Source: Aulosira sp. ZfuVER01 | GTDB lineage: Bacteria > Cyanobacteriota > Cyanobacteriia > Cyanobacteriales > Nostocaceae | DNA: 64,000 nt | NCBI GenBank assembly: GCA_034530615.2 | Contig: JAVRCV020000016.1 | Location: forward strand, 23,085-87,084 | Direction of reading: 5' to 3' | Shown here: piece by piece, positions 20,434 to 30,041 of the stretch | Numbering within the stretch: position 1 is the stretch's first letter | How the letters are laid out: each line of letters starts with the position of its first letter | Notes under the pieces: model-generated | Told to the model about the DNA's origin: nothing | The model's database searches: none | Seen by the model: only the letters and a program-made list of their open reading frames with translations | Position numbers and translations under genes: made by a program

Positions 20434-20964
20434 TTATTGAGGATTTAGCAGAAGTTGTTGTTTCATCTCACTAATTTCGAGACTAAGATTATTAATTTGG
20501 GTATCTTGTGCTTGCAACTTTTGGTAAAGTGCTTGAATTGCGGCTAAAGCTACACCATTAGCATCTACAGCTTCGATAAAGCGATCGCTTTCACCAACGT
20601 TGAAAGTAGCCGCAAAGTCTTGTGCCATTGGGCCAATATGGCGAATTGCTTCATCTTGGTTTTTATACTTCCAGGTGGTGATGGGTAAACTGGCAATTCC
20701 CTGAAGAATGGTGTGGACATCGACCTCAGCAACTTCTTCTTTGACATTGCGATCGCTCATGAAGCGAATTGATCCATTAGGGTCTAGATACATATTTGGG
20801 TTATCTTGTAGCCCTGGAGCATTTAATGTTGCGCTATTTCCTGGAACTTCCTGGTTTCCAAGATTAATGTAGCCAGTACCACCAACACAACTTGCTAACT
20901 CATCATCCGATAATTCTTCAATTAGGCTTGCCGTGGTTAAATGTTCTTGGTGATTAGTGTACAT
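20434..20964 (-). CDS. Putative RiPP precursor A: GG leader, 40-aa core, Peptidase_S74 autoprocessing chaperone domain
   Basis: Leader LIEELSDDELASCVGG. SDRNVK (Ser70/Lys75), LPITTWKY, HIGPMAQDF, ALAAIQAL and coiled-coil tail typical of S74. Confidence 0.85.
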   Translation of the reverse strand: MYTNHQEHLTTASLIEELSDDELASCVGGTGYINLGNQEVPGNSATLNAPGLQDNPNMYLDPNGSIRFMSDRNVKEEVAEVDVHTILQGIASLPITTWKYKNQDEAIRHIGPMAQDFAATFNVGESDRFIEAVDANGVALAAIQALYQKLQAQDTQINNLSLEISEMKQQLLLNPQ

Positions 20965-21147
20965 AAATTTGATGGGAATTTAATTAAATTTGATTTTTAC
21001 AATAACTGAACCAATTTGTTTGTGAGGTAGATGTACTTTTTATCTAACTTTCACAAATTGGCACAGATTTAAAAGCGAGCTATGGTGATTGAGCGAAAAC
21101 TAAAGTTTAGTTTTTATTTAAAATCAGATAACTACTAAAACTTGAGT

Positions 21148-21702
21148 TTATTTCTCAATTAATTGTTGTTTTAGCTCGAGTAACTGTGTTTGCAGTTCAT
21201 TGATTTGGGAGTCTTTCTGTTGCATCACTTGGTAAAGTGCTTGAATTGCAGCTAAAGCTACACCATTAGCATCTACAGCTTCGATAAAGCGATCGCTTTC
21301 ACCAATGTTGAAAGTAGCCGCAAAGTCTTGTGCCATTGGGCCAATATGGCGAATTGTTTCATTCTGGTTTTTATACTTCCAGGTGGTGATGGGTAAATTC
21401 GCAATTCCCTGAAGAATGGCGTGGACATCAACCTCAGCCACTTCTTCTTTGACATTGCGATCGCTCAGGAAGCGGGCTGAACCATTAGGATTGTACCTGA
21501 CTCCTATAGCAGTGATATCAGTAATGACATTGGCAGATACATCCCCCAAAAATGGCAATTCAACTAGTGGGACTTGTGCGACTGCTTGTTCGCCAACACT
21601 TAGCTGAATATCACAGCCACCAACACAAGTGGCTAATTCTTCATCGCTCAGATCCTCAATCAGGCTTTCTTTAGGGGTCAAGTTGTTAGAATTCATGTGC
21701 AT
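21148..21702 (-). CDS. Putative RiPP precursor B: GG leader, 50-aa core, Peptidase_S74 autoprocessing chaperone domain
   Basis: Leader LIEDLSDEELATCVGG; SDRNVK (Ser80/Lys85); S74 region 74/79 identical to precursor A. Confidence 0.85.
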   Translation of the reverse strand: MHMNSNNLTPKESLIEDLSDEELATCVGGCDIQLSVGEQAVAQVPLVELPFLGDVSANVITDITAIGVRYNPNGSARFLSDRNVKEEVAEVDVHAILQGIANLPITTWKYKNQNETIRHIGPMAQDFAATFNIGESDRFIEAVDANGVALAAIQALYQVMQQKDSQINELQTQLLELKQQLIEK

Positions 21703-22255
21703 AGATTTAACCAGTAATGTGTAGAGTAACTTGCAGCAAAAACTTACTAGCTTTATCTCTCAGTTAAAAATCTGAGAAGACATATAACCAGTAGTTGAGC
21801 CTTAATATTCGGGACAAGATATTCACTTATACTGATAATTTTTTGTTCAGATTGCATCCTCTCCTAATCAATAGATTGTCATTTAATCACATTGTTGGCG
21901 GAAACTGCCTCAATGTAAATTCCCTATTGTAAAGTCAACTTTATAAAAGATATGGTAAAAGGACGTGAATAGAAATTTGCGTGCTTTATCCAGGCTTTAA
22001 AAATAATTACGTAGGTTTTCTAATTTCTCAAAGTAAATTAATTCAGACTGAAAGCTATAGCAACGAATTTACTAGAATTACGTTTATATATCCACAGTTG
22101 TAAATATCTGGGTATTCTTTAAAACAACTTTATTTTTTAAAGTAATTTAAAATTTTTACTCAGTAAGAATACGGTTTTATCAATTAGATAAGTTTATGCA
22201 ATCTCTAACATTTTTTTGGCAATCTATCTCCTAGGTAAAGTTTTTTTCTGGTTAT

Positions 22256-24925
22256 CTAATGTGTATGGCAACTAGCAGAGTTCAGTCCAGAAGTATGAGG
22301 TGTGATGACTGATGCTTGTGCTGTTAACAATACTTCTCCCTGAGGGCTAACTACAAGCCCCTGAGCTTCTAAAATCTCATCAGAGGTAGGCGATGGTAGA
22401 GTTGCAGAATTAACGGCTATTTGAGAGCGATCGCTACTTACAGAAATTGGAACTGTTTGGATATCTTCCAAAATTGTTTCACTACCCAACACTACCTCTG
22501 GATTTTGTGGTAAACCACCTCGTCCAGTAACAATGAAACGGCTGTATTCTTCTGGATTATACTGTCCACAACCTTGAGAAATTAATGTCGAAGCATCATT
22601 TGGCTGAACTGGTAAAACAGCAATGCCTTTACTTGGATCGACAGCCAGAGTTTTAATTTCTACAGCGCCATTTAATCCAAACTGAGAGCTAGCTGTAATA
22701 TCACTTTCAAGAGTAAGTTCAGGACGAAATTCAATACCAAATATTCCTTGAGTTGTAATTTGTACATTACCACCGCGACCTTGAATTGCATTAGCTGTAA
22801 TATCACTATTTTCAGCGGCAGCTAATAAATTTGAACTAATATTTATATCACCACCATTTCCATTACCACCTGTAGCATCAGTAGTGATTTTGCTGCCATT
22901 GCGCATTAAGAGAATATCTTTAATATGTAATGATATATTACCTCCTTCGCCTGATTTGGTTGTTGCTTGAATTCCTCCTGAATCCTGTTGAATATTTCCT
23001 GCATTATCAAGGAGTATTGAATTAGCTTGAACATTAATATTTCCACCTTTACCTAAGCCTTCGTTATCAACACTTAACCTAGCACCATCCCGTACTAATA
23101 ATTCCCCCGTAGAAATTTCTAAGTTGCCAGCGTTATTAATATTATTACTATTTAAAACACTTGCAGATAAACTACTAAAGGTAGGAATTAAGCGAGTTGA
23201 ATCTAATGGGTCTTCCCTGAGAGGGCCTTGCCCTAATAACAGAACAGATTCAGTTGCATTGATACTTAGTATTCCTCCCTTACCAAAACCGAGAGTTTCA
23301 ACAGCAATATTACCTCCATCCTGGACTGTTAATTGCTTGGTATTAATTGTGATATTACCTGCATTACCTTTACTATCTGGATTTGTGCCACTGAAAATCC
23401 CACCGGGAATTTGATAAATAGGTGAAACGCCTCTGACATTAACAGAATCGGTAGCATTAATAATCATGTTGCCACTATTTCCCTCTGCTAAAATAGCAAT
23501 ACCAGCAAAAATTTGTGCCCCATCATTAATAATTAATTCCTTTGTGTTAACTATTAAATCTCCAGCTTGTCCCTTACCTTGTTGAACTGCTGTAAACAAA
23601 CCACTTACCAATAAATCAGAAGGTGAGACTCCGATTAATTCCACACTCTTACCAGCATTGACTGTCAAGTTTCCACCTTTCGCATCTGCGAAAGTTGCAG
23701 CCGATATTTGCGCTCCGTTTTGGATCAATAATTGCCCCGTATTTACAGTTAAATTTCCACCGATACCACTACCATAAGTATCTGTTAATAACCCAGTAAA
23801 TAAAGAACCTTCTGCTGAATCAACACCGCTTAATTCAATCGTATCCACAGCATTAATGGTTAAATCTCCTCCTTTTCCTGAGGAAGCAGGTAAGGTGGCG
23901 GTAGATATGTGAGCTTCACCTTCAACCTGAAGTTTGTCAGTATTGATTGTGATTCCTAAACTGTTTCCACTACCACTATTTTCAGCAAATAACCCACTAT
24001 TAAAAGTTCCAGTCATGCTGTTGCTTGATACAATCACGGCATCTGAAGCGTTTAATATGAGATTCGCTCCTGAAATAGCACCTAATGTTCTTGATGATAC
24101 ACGGGAGTTCTCAATTGTTATCTGCTTTCCTGTAAGTTGGATACTACCACCTCCATCACCACTGGTTGTGACCATAGCATTCTTGGTAAGTAATACATTA
24201 GCTCTAGCCAAATCGCTAGGAAAATTTAGTTGGAACTGACTCCCTGTTGATGACAGTCCAACTATACCTGCACCCGCTACTCCACCTAGTTCAATGCGGC
24301 CGCTATTTGCACTCAACTGACCGCCATTCATAGTTACTTCACCACCGATGAGCGCCAGTGTTTGGTTTGTCGGTACTGCGAGATTGGCTCCCTGTAAATT
24401 AATGGCGGCTGAGTTACTACCATACTGTAATCCTATGGGAACATTTATACTCAATAAAGGCGGAGTTCCATCTAAAGATGTATTAAACTCTTTACCATCA
24501 GCAAACTTTAAACTGTTGGCGGTAGTGGCGAAAAATGAGCCACCAATATTTAATTTGGCATTAGGACCAAAGATAATTCCATTGGGATTAATTAAGAATA
24601 AATTGGCATTGCCAATAGTATTAATTTTGCCGTCGATATAGGAAGGTAAAGTCCCAGTGACTCGACTAATAATGTTTTGAATAAATGCAGGATTATTAAA
24701 ATTGGCAGCACCACCAGTGGGTACAGAAAATTGACTAAAGCTATGATAAAGATTACCTCCTACTTGGCTACCACCTGTAATCACGAAATTGAGATTATCA
24801 GGAGAATCAACATTTGTAGGGAGAGTAGCATCTGCCGCGATCGCCTGGGCATCACAGGGTTTGACAAAAGCTAGATTGCAAATAGTAAATAATCCAGAAA
24901 TACTGATAATATGTTGCCAATTCAT
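22256..24925 (-). CDS. Filamentous haemagglutinin N-terminal domain exoprotein (TpsA-like beta-helix)
   Basis: Signal peptide, NLYHSFSQF, NIISRVTG, LINPNGIIFG TPS motif, G/N-rich repeats, C-terminal TGRGGLP. Confidence 0.9.
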   Translation of the reverse strand: MNWQHIISISGLFTICNLAFVKPCDAQAIAADATLPTNVDSPDNLNFVITGGSQVGGNLYHSFSQFSVPTGGAANFNNPAFIQNIISRVTGTLPSYIDGKINTIGNANLFLINPNGIIFGPNAKLNIGGSFFATTANSLKFADGKEFNTSLDGTPPLLSINVPIGLQYGSNSAAINLQGANLAVPTNQTLALIGGEVTMNGGQLSANSGRIELGGVAGAGIVGLSSTGSQFQLNFPSDLARANVLLTKNAMVTTSGDGGGSIQLTGKQITIENSRVSSRTLGAISGANLILNASDAVIVSSNSMTGTFNSGLFAENSGSGNSLGITINTDKLQVEGEAHISTATLPASSGKGGDLTINAVDTIELSGVDSAEGSLFTGLLTDTYGSGIGGNLTVNTGQLLIQNGAQISAATFADAKGGNLTVNAGKSVELIGVSPSDLLVSGLFTAVQQGKGQAGDLIVNTKELIINDGAQIFAGIAILAEGNSGNMIINATDSVNVRGVSPIYQIPGGIFSGTNPDSKGNAGNITINTKQLTVQDGGNIAVETLGFGKGGILSINATESVLLLGQGPLREDPLDSTRLIPTFSSLSASVLNSNNINNAGNLEISTGELLVRDGARLSVDNEGLGKGGNINVQANSILLDNAGNIQQDSGGIQATTKSGEGGNISLHIKDILLMRNGSKITTDATGGNGNGGDINISSNLLAAAENSDITANAIQGRGGNVQITTQGIFGIEFRPELTLESDITASSQFGLNGAVEIKTLAVDPSKGIAVLPVQPNDASTLISQGCGQYNPEEYSRFIVTGRGGLPQNPEVVLGSETILEDIQTVPISVSSDRSQIAVNSATLPSPTSDEILEAQGLVVSPQGEVLLTAQASVITPHTSGLNSASCHTH

Positions 24926-25115
24926 ATAGTTAAAAGTACCTAACTTTGGCGATTTGTCTCTCTCTCAGTATTCCCTGAATAGCTGCCAGTATTACTAATT
25001 TATCTTGCTAAACTTCGTTTAAATTGAGAAATAGAGTTGTTCAAAAGAGAACGGGGAACAACTCACAAAACTCAATCGAGAAAAAACTATAGATTTCAAA
25101 GTAGATGCGGTTGAA

Positions 25116-27260
25116 TTAGCAATTTAAGAAAAACAGAGGGTTTGCAGGTTGAGCTTGCAAATCCTTAAAACATCCTTGGGTAATTAATTGCCCTTCATTC
25201 AGGACAACAATCCAATTTGCGTGTTGAATTACCTGGGGTCGATGACTAATGAGAATTGTAGTTTTACCAGCGCGATCGCTCAATAATTGATCTAGTAAGT
25301 ACAATTCACTAGCTGGATCTAAAGCACCAGTCGATTCATCCATCAGCAAAATTGGCGGATTGCAGACAATAGCTCTAGCTATGGCTAGACGCTGACGCTG
25401 ACCTCCTGAGATATTTGCACCAAATTCACCTAAAACAGTTTGATACTTATCAGGTAGCCGACTAATAAATTCATCTGCACCTGTTAGTTTGCAAGCTTGA
25501 ACAATAGATTCAAAGTTGACATAAGGAGCAGTTAAACGGAAATTTTCAATAATTGAACGGCTCCAAAAATGGGCTTCTTGAGGAATTAGCACAATTTGTT
25601 GACGCAGTGAATCAAGAGATATATCTTGCAAATTGTAATCACCTATCCGGATATTGCCAGATTGTAGTGGGTAAAATCCAGTAATTAGTTTTGCCAACGT
25701 GCTTTTACCGCAGCCTGATTGACCAACTAAAGCAACTATCTTACCTCCAGGAATTGTTAGTGAAAAATCTTTCAGGAGGTCAACTCTGCCTGTATGGTGA
25801 AAATTGAGATTAATACAGACAATATCAGAATTAGAAGAAAATTTTACCCAAGGCTTTTGTTCGTCTCCTTGATTTTCTGGAGTTACATCCAGCACCTCTG
25901 TTACTCGCTGAATCGAATTTCTAGCTTGCACAAGCCCATTAGCAAAACCAATTACTGTACTAATAAAGCCAAGAAAATTATTATTCATGCTGCTAAAAGC
26001 TAGCAATTGTCCAATAGTGATTTCTCTAGCGATCGCTAGGCTGCTACCAAACCACAAAAGGAGAATGCTGCTAATTGCAAACACTAGCCCAGAAAAAATA
26101 TTATTAATAGCAGAAATCTGCATTGTTTTAAACGCCAAATTGGCAACTCGTCCAAACTGACTCTGAAATTCTTCCCATAATTGCGGAGCAGCCATTAGGC
26201 TTTTAAATGTTATCGCTCCTTTGAAAGTTTCAACTAAAATTCCTTGATTTTCTGCCTCTAACACTAATAAAGTCTGCGTTTTTTGTTGCAGAATTGGTAA
26301 AAAAATGAATGTTGATATTGTCATCAACACAGCAAAAACGAGAGCAAGTAAGGTCAGCTTACCGCTATAAAAAAACATGAGTCCTAAGGATACCAGCGCG
26401 ATAAAAAACTGACTAGGTAGTCCAATGATTGACTGGGAAACTAGTTGATTAATTTCTTGAATATCTCGCAGCCGCGTAATAATTTCACCACTCCGATGAG
26501 ATTCATAGTATGTTAGAGGTAAGCGAAGAATTTGTCGACCAAATTCTAATACCAGTCCTAACTGAAGTCTTTGAGAAAAATGAGTAATCAGATTAGACTG
26601 AACAAGTCTAAGGCTACTGCTCAAAAAATTCATCACAATAGCTGCCAATACAACATTTGCTAGCAGCTTAGTATCTCCACGAACTAAGACATCATCGGTA
26701 AGAATTTGTAGTAGAAAAGGAGAAATCAGAGATAGCATTCCCACAAAAATATTGATGAGAAATGCTTCGCCTAAGATGGCGCGATAATTCCAGACTGGCT
26801 GGATAAAGCGCCGAAAATTGTGAATGCGATCGCTCTCTTGGGCAAAAAAGCGAACACTATCTGGTTCTAAAATCAGCATGAGCCGATTTGCCCAACCCTC
26901 CATTAGCTCATCCTTCAGCAGATAACGAATACCAACCGCCGGATCGGCAATGACATACTTCTTACCCCGACAACCATACAAAACTACCCAGTGATAACCT
27001 TGCCAGTGAATAATTGCAGGTAGGGCAATTTCTTGTAATTTATCTAAGATTTCTGGCGCGACTCTGACTCCTCTAGCATTAAACCCTAAGACTTCTGCGC
27101 CACGTTTTAACCCTAAGAGAGAAGTGCCTAGTTGTCCGGTTCCTACAGCTTCTCGGACACGGTTAAGGCTAAAAATGCGTCCGTAATGTTTGGCGATTGT
27201 AGCTAGACAAGCTGCTCCGCAATCTTCTTCACTATGCTGACGAATGAGTTGATAAGGCAT
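25116..27260 (-). CDS. Peptidase C39-containing ABC transporter (PCAT, double-glycine leader exporter)
   Basis: QHSEEDCGAAC (catalytic Cys), HWVV and IADP, TM domain, GQSGCGKS, ISGGQRQR, LLMDE. Confidence 0.95.
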   Translation of the reverse strand: MPYQLIRQHSEEDCGAACLATIAKHYGRIFSLNRVREAVGTGQLGTSLLGLKRGAEVLGFNARGVRVAPEILDKLQEIALPAIIHWQGYHWVVLYGCRGKKYVIADPAVGIRYLLKDELMEGWANRLMLILEPDSVRFFAQESDRIHNFRRFIQPVWNYRAILGEAFLINIFVGMLSLISPFLLQILTDDVLVRGDTKLLANVVLAAIVMNFLSSSLRLVQSNLITHFSQRLQLGLVLEFGRQILRLPLTYYESHRSGEIITRLRDIQEINQLVSQSIIGLPSQFFIALVSLGLMFFYSGKLTLLALVFAVLMTISTFIFLPILQQKTQTLLVLEAENQGILVETFKGAITFKSLMAAPQLWEEFQSQFGRVANLAFKTMQISAINNIFSGLVFAISSILLLWFGSSLAIAREITIGQLLAFSSMNNNFLGFISTVIGFANGLVQARNSIQRVTEVLDVTPENQGDEQKPWVKFSSNSDIVCINLNFHHTGRVDLLKDFSLTIPGGKIVALVGQSGCGKSTLAKLITGFYPLQSGNIRIGDYNLQDISLDSLRQQIVLIPQEAHFWSRSIIENFRLTAPYVNFESIVQACKLTGADEFISRLPDKYQTVLGEFGANISGGQRQRLAIARAIVCNPPILLMDESTGALDPASELYLLDQLLSDRAGKTTILISHRPQVIQHANWIVVLNEGQLITQGCFKDLQAQPANPLFFLNC

Positions 27261-27288
27261 AGAGTGTCATTCACGCGAGCAGAGAATT

Positions 27289-27425
27289 TTGGCTGTCGTT
27301 CCCTTCTCAGGTGATATCCGAATTGTGCAAGCTGCTAGGATTAATCTCATAAAAAATCAGTCTGTGAACCAGGAAGATATCATTGCTTATATTGATAATT
27401 CCCAGATCCAAACTTAAAAAGTCAG
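27289..27425 (+). pseudogene. Remnant of an HlyD-family membrane fusion protein
   Basis: Translates to AVVPFSGDIRIVQAA..KNQSVNQEDIIAYIDNSQIQT*, resembling the N-terminal lipoyl half of cyanobacterial HlyD adaptors. Stop at 27415-27417. Confidence 0.6.
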
Positions 27426-27555
27426 TCATCACACTTGTTTGTTCATCTATGACCAGGATAAATTTTTATCAAATCTAACTGACCTACGACAACTGTTACC
27501 CCGATCGTGCTTACATTTGAGCTTGTAAAATGGTTAATTTTTAGCGAAAATTTCT

Positions 27556-27885
27556 ATGACTGAATCATCCGATCTGCAACCCAATAGACTTGACAGAATT
27601 GAGTAAATTCTATTACTTACCACGACCGCATTAGGTGATATAGCAAGACAGCAGCAGGTAAATACTAACGCCATAGCCCAAGTTACTGCGCGTCTCGCTC
27701 AGTTAACCCTCAAGATGGACAATCTTACGGAGTCTGTAGGGTCTTTAAATAAAGATGTTGTCTTACTTATTACTTCACTCAAGTGATTCAAAATGCCAAG
27801 ACTGACCGCGAAACCTTCCAGGCAGAGATTCGCCGCATTTGGAAATATCTATTGCAACGTGGCGGTTATGGCAGAGGCGGAGAAT
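27556..27885 (+). pseudogene. Degraded coiled-coil hypothetical gene
   Basis: MTESSDLQPNRLDRIE* (TAA 27604-27606), continued heptads, and after a frameshift DRETFQAEIRRIWKYLLQ. Confidence 0.45.
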
Positions 27886-28040
27886 GAGGTTCCCGAAATG
27901 CGATCGCATTGGCTGGATTGCCTAAAAAATCAACTATGTTTGGTGCAAAATTGGTATGTTTTTGTAAGTTTGAGTCAAATCGTCAAATGAAAAAATCCGC
28001 TAATCTTATTTCCAGACTAGCGGAATAGGGATTTTATCAA

Positions 28041-28114
28041 TCGGAGCGGCGGGATTTGAACCCACGACCTCCACTACCCCAAAGTGGCGCGCTACCAAGC
28101 TGCGCTACGCCCCG
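28041..28114 (-). tRNA. tRNA-Pro(GGG)
   Basis: Reverse complement CGGGGCGTAGCGCAGCTTGGTAGCGCGCCACTTTGGGGTAGTGGAGGTCGTGGGTTCAAATCCCGCCGCTCCGA folds as a cloverleaf; anticodon GGG; no encoded CCA. Confidence 0.97.
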
Positions 28115-28164
28115 GTCAGAATTACTATATTAGCAATAAGTTTGAGGAAAATCAAGGAGTAAAT

Positions 28165-28530
28165 TCAAAAAACTTTGAGCATCCCAGCAGCTTGCAATAA
28201 ACTCGGAACAGCAGAATCATTCCACCGACCTTCTGCGCATCGCCCTGTATTCAGAATCAAGCGCAGACTGTAGGCATGGGGATAGCCTTCCACTTCCATC
28301 CATAATAAATCGCTTTCTGCTTCACAAGCAATTTTCTCTTCATCCATCAATTCAGTTGCCAGTTGTTTCATTGTGTCTGCTAGCTTGGCGAAGAGACGGC
28401 AAAAATCGTTTAATTCGGCTTCTGTTAATTCGATCGCCCAATCATCTGTACCCAATAAACCTTTAAATTCAGGCGCATTGGGATTCCAGCCGATACGCCA
28501 ACCAGAGCCGCTTTTGACTACACGTTCCAT
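28165..28530 (-). CDS. Conserved cyanobacterial protein (DUF1818-like)
   Basis: GSGWRIGW..GLLGTDDWAIELTEAE..GRCAEGRW pattern. Confidence 0.8.
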   Translation of the reverse strand: MERVVKSGSGWRIGWNPNAPEFKGLLGTDDWAIELTEAELNDFCRLFAKLADTMKQLATELMDEEKIACEAESDLLWMEVEGYPHAYSLRLILNTGRCAEGRWNDSAVPSLLQAAGMLKVF

Positions 28531-28537
28531 AAACTAA

Positions 28538-29080
28538 TTATGGTTGGGGTTGTGCTGGAGAACTCGAATTAAAGATGTTTGTCAATGCTTGCACTAAGGC
28601 GTTTCGCTGGTTGCGGGTAAGCTTGGAAATGGCTGCGCGATCGCCTTCTATGGGATTTTCTCGCAATGTGTCATTCCCTGGATAGGTAATGTCATACATA
28701 GTTTCGTTTGCATTCAGGTAATCAGCCAGAGTTAGCTTCCAATCTAAACGATAACTTGGGGAACGCTCTTTGACGTAAATGTGATATCGGATCAAGCGAC
28801 TGATTAAGGTACTATTTTCGGCAACTTTCCCAGTTTCCTTGCTAATATACTTATTTTCTTTAGGTAAATCTGGCAATTTTTGATACACCTGCTGCCAAAG
28901 ATCGCTAGGACTGATTCTTTGAGCGATCGCAGGTTGAATACCTATAAAATTTGTATATTTTGAGTTACCTACCCCTGAACCCAAAATAATCAAACTCACC
29001 ACCATTAAAAGCAGTGCTGAGTAACGAGTTCTGAGTACTAAAAATTGGAGAATTGACCTAAGTAGAAAATTTTTTTCCAT
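28538..29080 (-). CDS. Conserved hypothetical exported protein
   Basis: Hydrophobic N-terminus; LPKENKY..RLIRYH..RLDWKLTLADYL. Confidence 0.75.
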   Translation of the reverse strand: MEKNFLLRSILQFLVLRTRYSALLLMVVSLIILGSGVGNSKYTNFIGIQPAIAQRISPSDLWQQVYQKLPDLPKENKYISKETGKVAENSTLISRLIRYHIYVKERSPSYRLDWKLTLADYLNANETMYDITYPGNDTLRENPIEGDRAAISKLTRNQRNALVQALTNIFNSSSPAQPQP

Positions 29081-29158
29081 AAGTAAATATTTTGAGTTAA
29101 AAGTGCGCTGCGACTACTTTTGTACTCAGCAATCAGCACTTTCAACTCAGCACTATAT

Positions 29159-29395
29159 TTATACTTCGCCAATAATCTCGGGCTGAGTCAGTTCATCGGA
29201 CATTTCGATAATTGCCCGGAGTACTGGTTTCATCATTGCATCTTCCGCACTTTCAAAGTCTTCGTAACGGCGACGCTTGGCACGGTTTGCCACCTGAACC
29301 GTAATGCGATACCGATTTGAGGCTGCACTAATTAGATCCTCGGCACGGTGCATAATCTGAGACTGAGTTGTCTCGAACTTAGAACGCTTTAGCAT
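29159..29395 (-). CDS. rpoZ: RNA polymerase omega subunit
   Basis: [31 protein letters not shown], the cyanobacterial omega signature. Confidence 0.95.
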   Translation of the reverse strand: MLKRSKFETTQSQIMHRAEDLISAASNRYRITVQVANRAKRRRYEDFESAEDAMMKPVLRAIIEMSDELTQPEIIGEV

Positions 29396-29553
29396 AGTTA
29401 GTGGTTCTTGGGGTCATTCCCCAGTTTAGCAGTACTGATAAATCTGCGGCTGTGTACTCAATTGTCAGTAACCTCTCTATTGATAGAGGTTGAGAGCTTT
29501 TTAGCATTTTATAAGTAGGTTGTAACAGTAAGTTAATAAAGACACTTAACCTC

Positions 29554-29982
29554 ATGGCCGATCTTGTGGAAACTGCGATTAATGCAGGAAATTTCACCAT
29601 TTTGGTGAAGGCTGTTCAAGCTGTGGGACTCACGGAAGTTCTCAAGCGTCCTGGTTCTTTAACAGTTTTTGCGCCTACTGATGATGCCTTTGCTAAACTG
29701 CCAGAGGGAAGTTTAGATTCGCTACTGCAAGATATTCCCAAGCTTAAGAAGATTGTGACTTATCATGTAGCCTCTGGGGATGTTAGATCTGATGATTTGA
29801 TCCAGATTAAGGAAGCCGAGACTCTTGAGGGGTCAATTTTAGCAATTGAGTCTGCTAATGGTGCAATTAAGGTGAATGATGCCAATGTCATCCAAACTGA
29901 CATTCTGACTGACAATGGCGTGATTCATGTTATTGATACAGTGTTAGTACCTGCATTGGTTGCTGGTGGTACGAGTTCCTGA
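29554..29982 (+). CDS. Fasciclin (FAS1) domain protein
   Basis: TVFAPTDDAFAKL, YHV, NGVIHVIDTVL. Confidence 0.93.
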   Translation: MADLVETAINAGNFTILVKAVQAVGLTEVLKRPGSLTVFAPTDDAFAKLPEGSLDSLLQDIPKLKKIVTYHVASGDVRSDDLIQIKEAETLEGSILAIESANGAIKVNDANVIQTDILTDNGVIHVIDTVLVPALVAGGTSS

Positions 29983-30041
29983 TTGGCTAAGGGAATAGCA
30001 AGAATCTCAATAAGACTAAAAGGAACCGCAGAAGAACACAG

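Noticed and set aside
20565..21455. Two similar 60-aa alternative-frame ORFs (MSKKK...)
   Set aside because: By-products of the duplicated S74 DNA in another frame.
20434..21702. Prophage tail-fibre genes
   Set aside because: S74 domain is present but there is no fibre body and no phage genes nearby; N-termini are GG leaders next to RiPP enzymes.
20770..24590. NPNG/DPNG in the precursor cores matching the NPNG TPS motif of the haemagglutinin protein
   Set aside because: Four-residue turn motif; too short to distinguish from chance.
18104..27260. Canonical cyanobactin (pat/tru) cluster
   Set aside because: No PatA/PatG proteases, PatB/C/F or recognition-sequence-flanked cassettes. The S8 at 32283 is distant and lacks the C-terminal extension of PatA/PatG.
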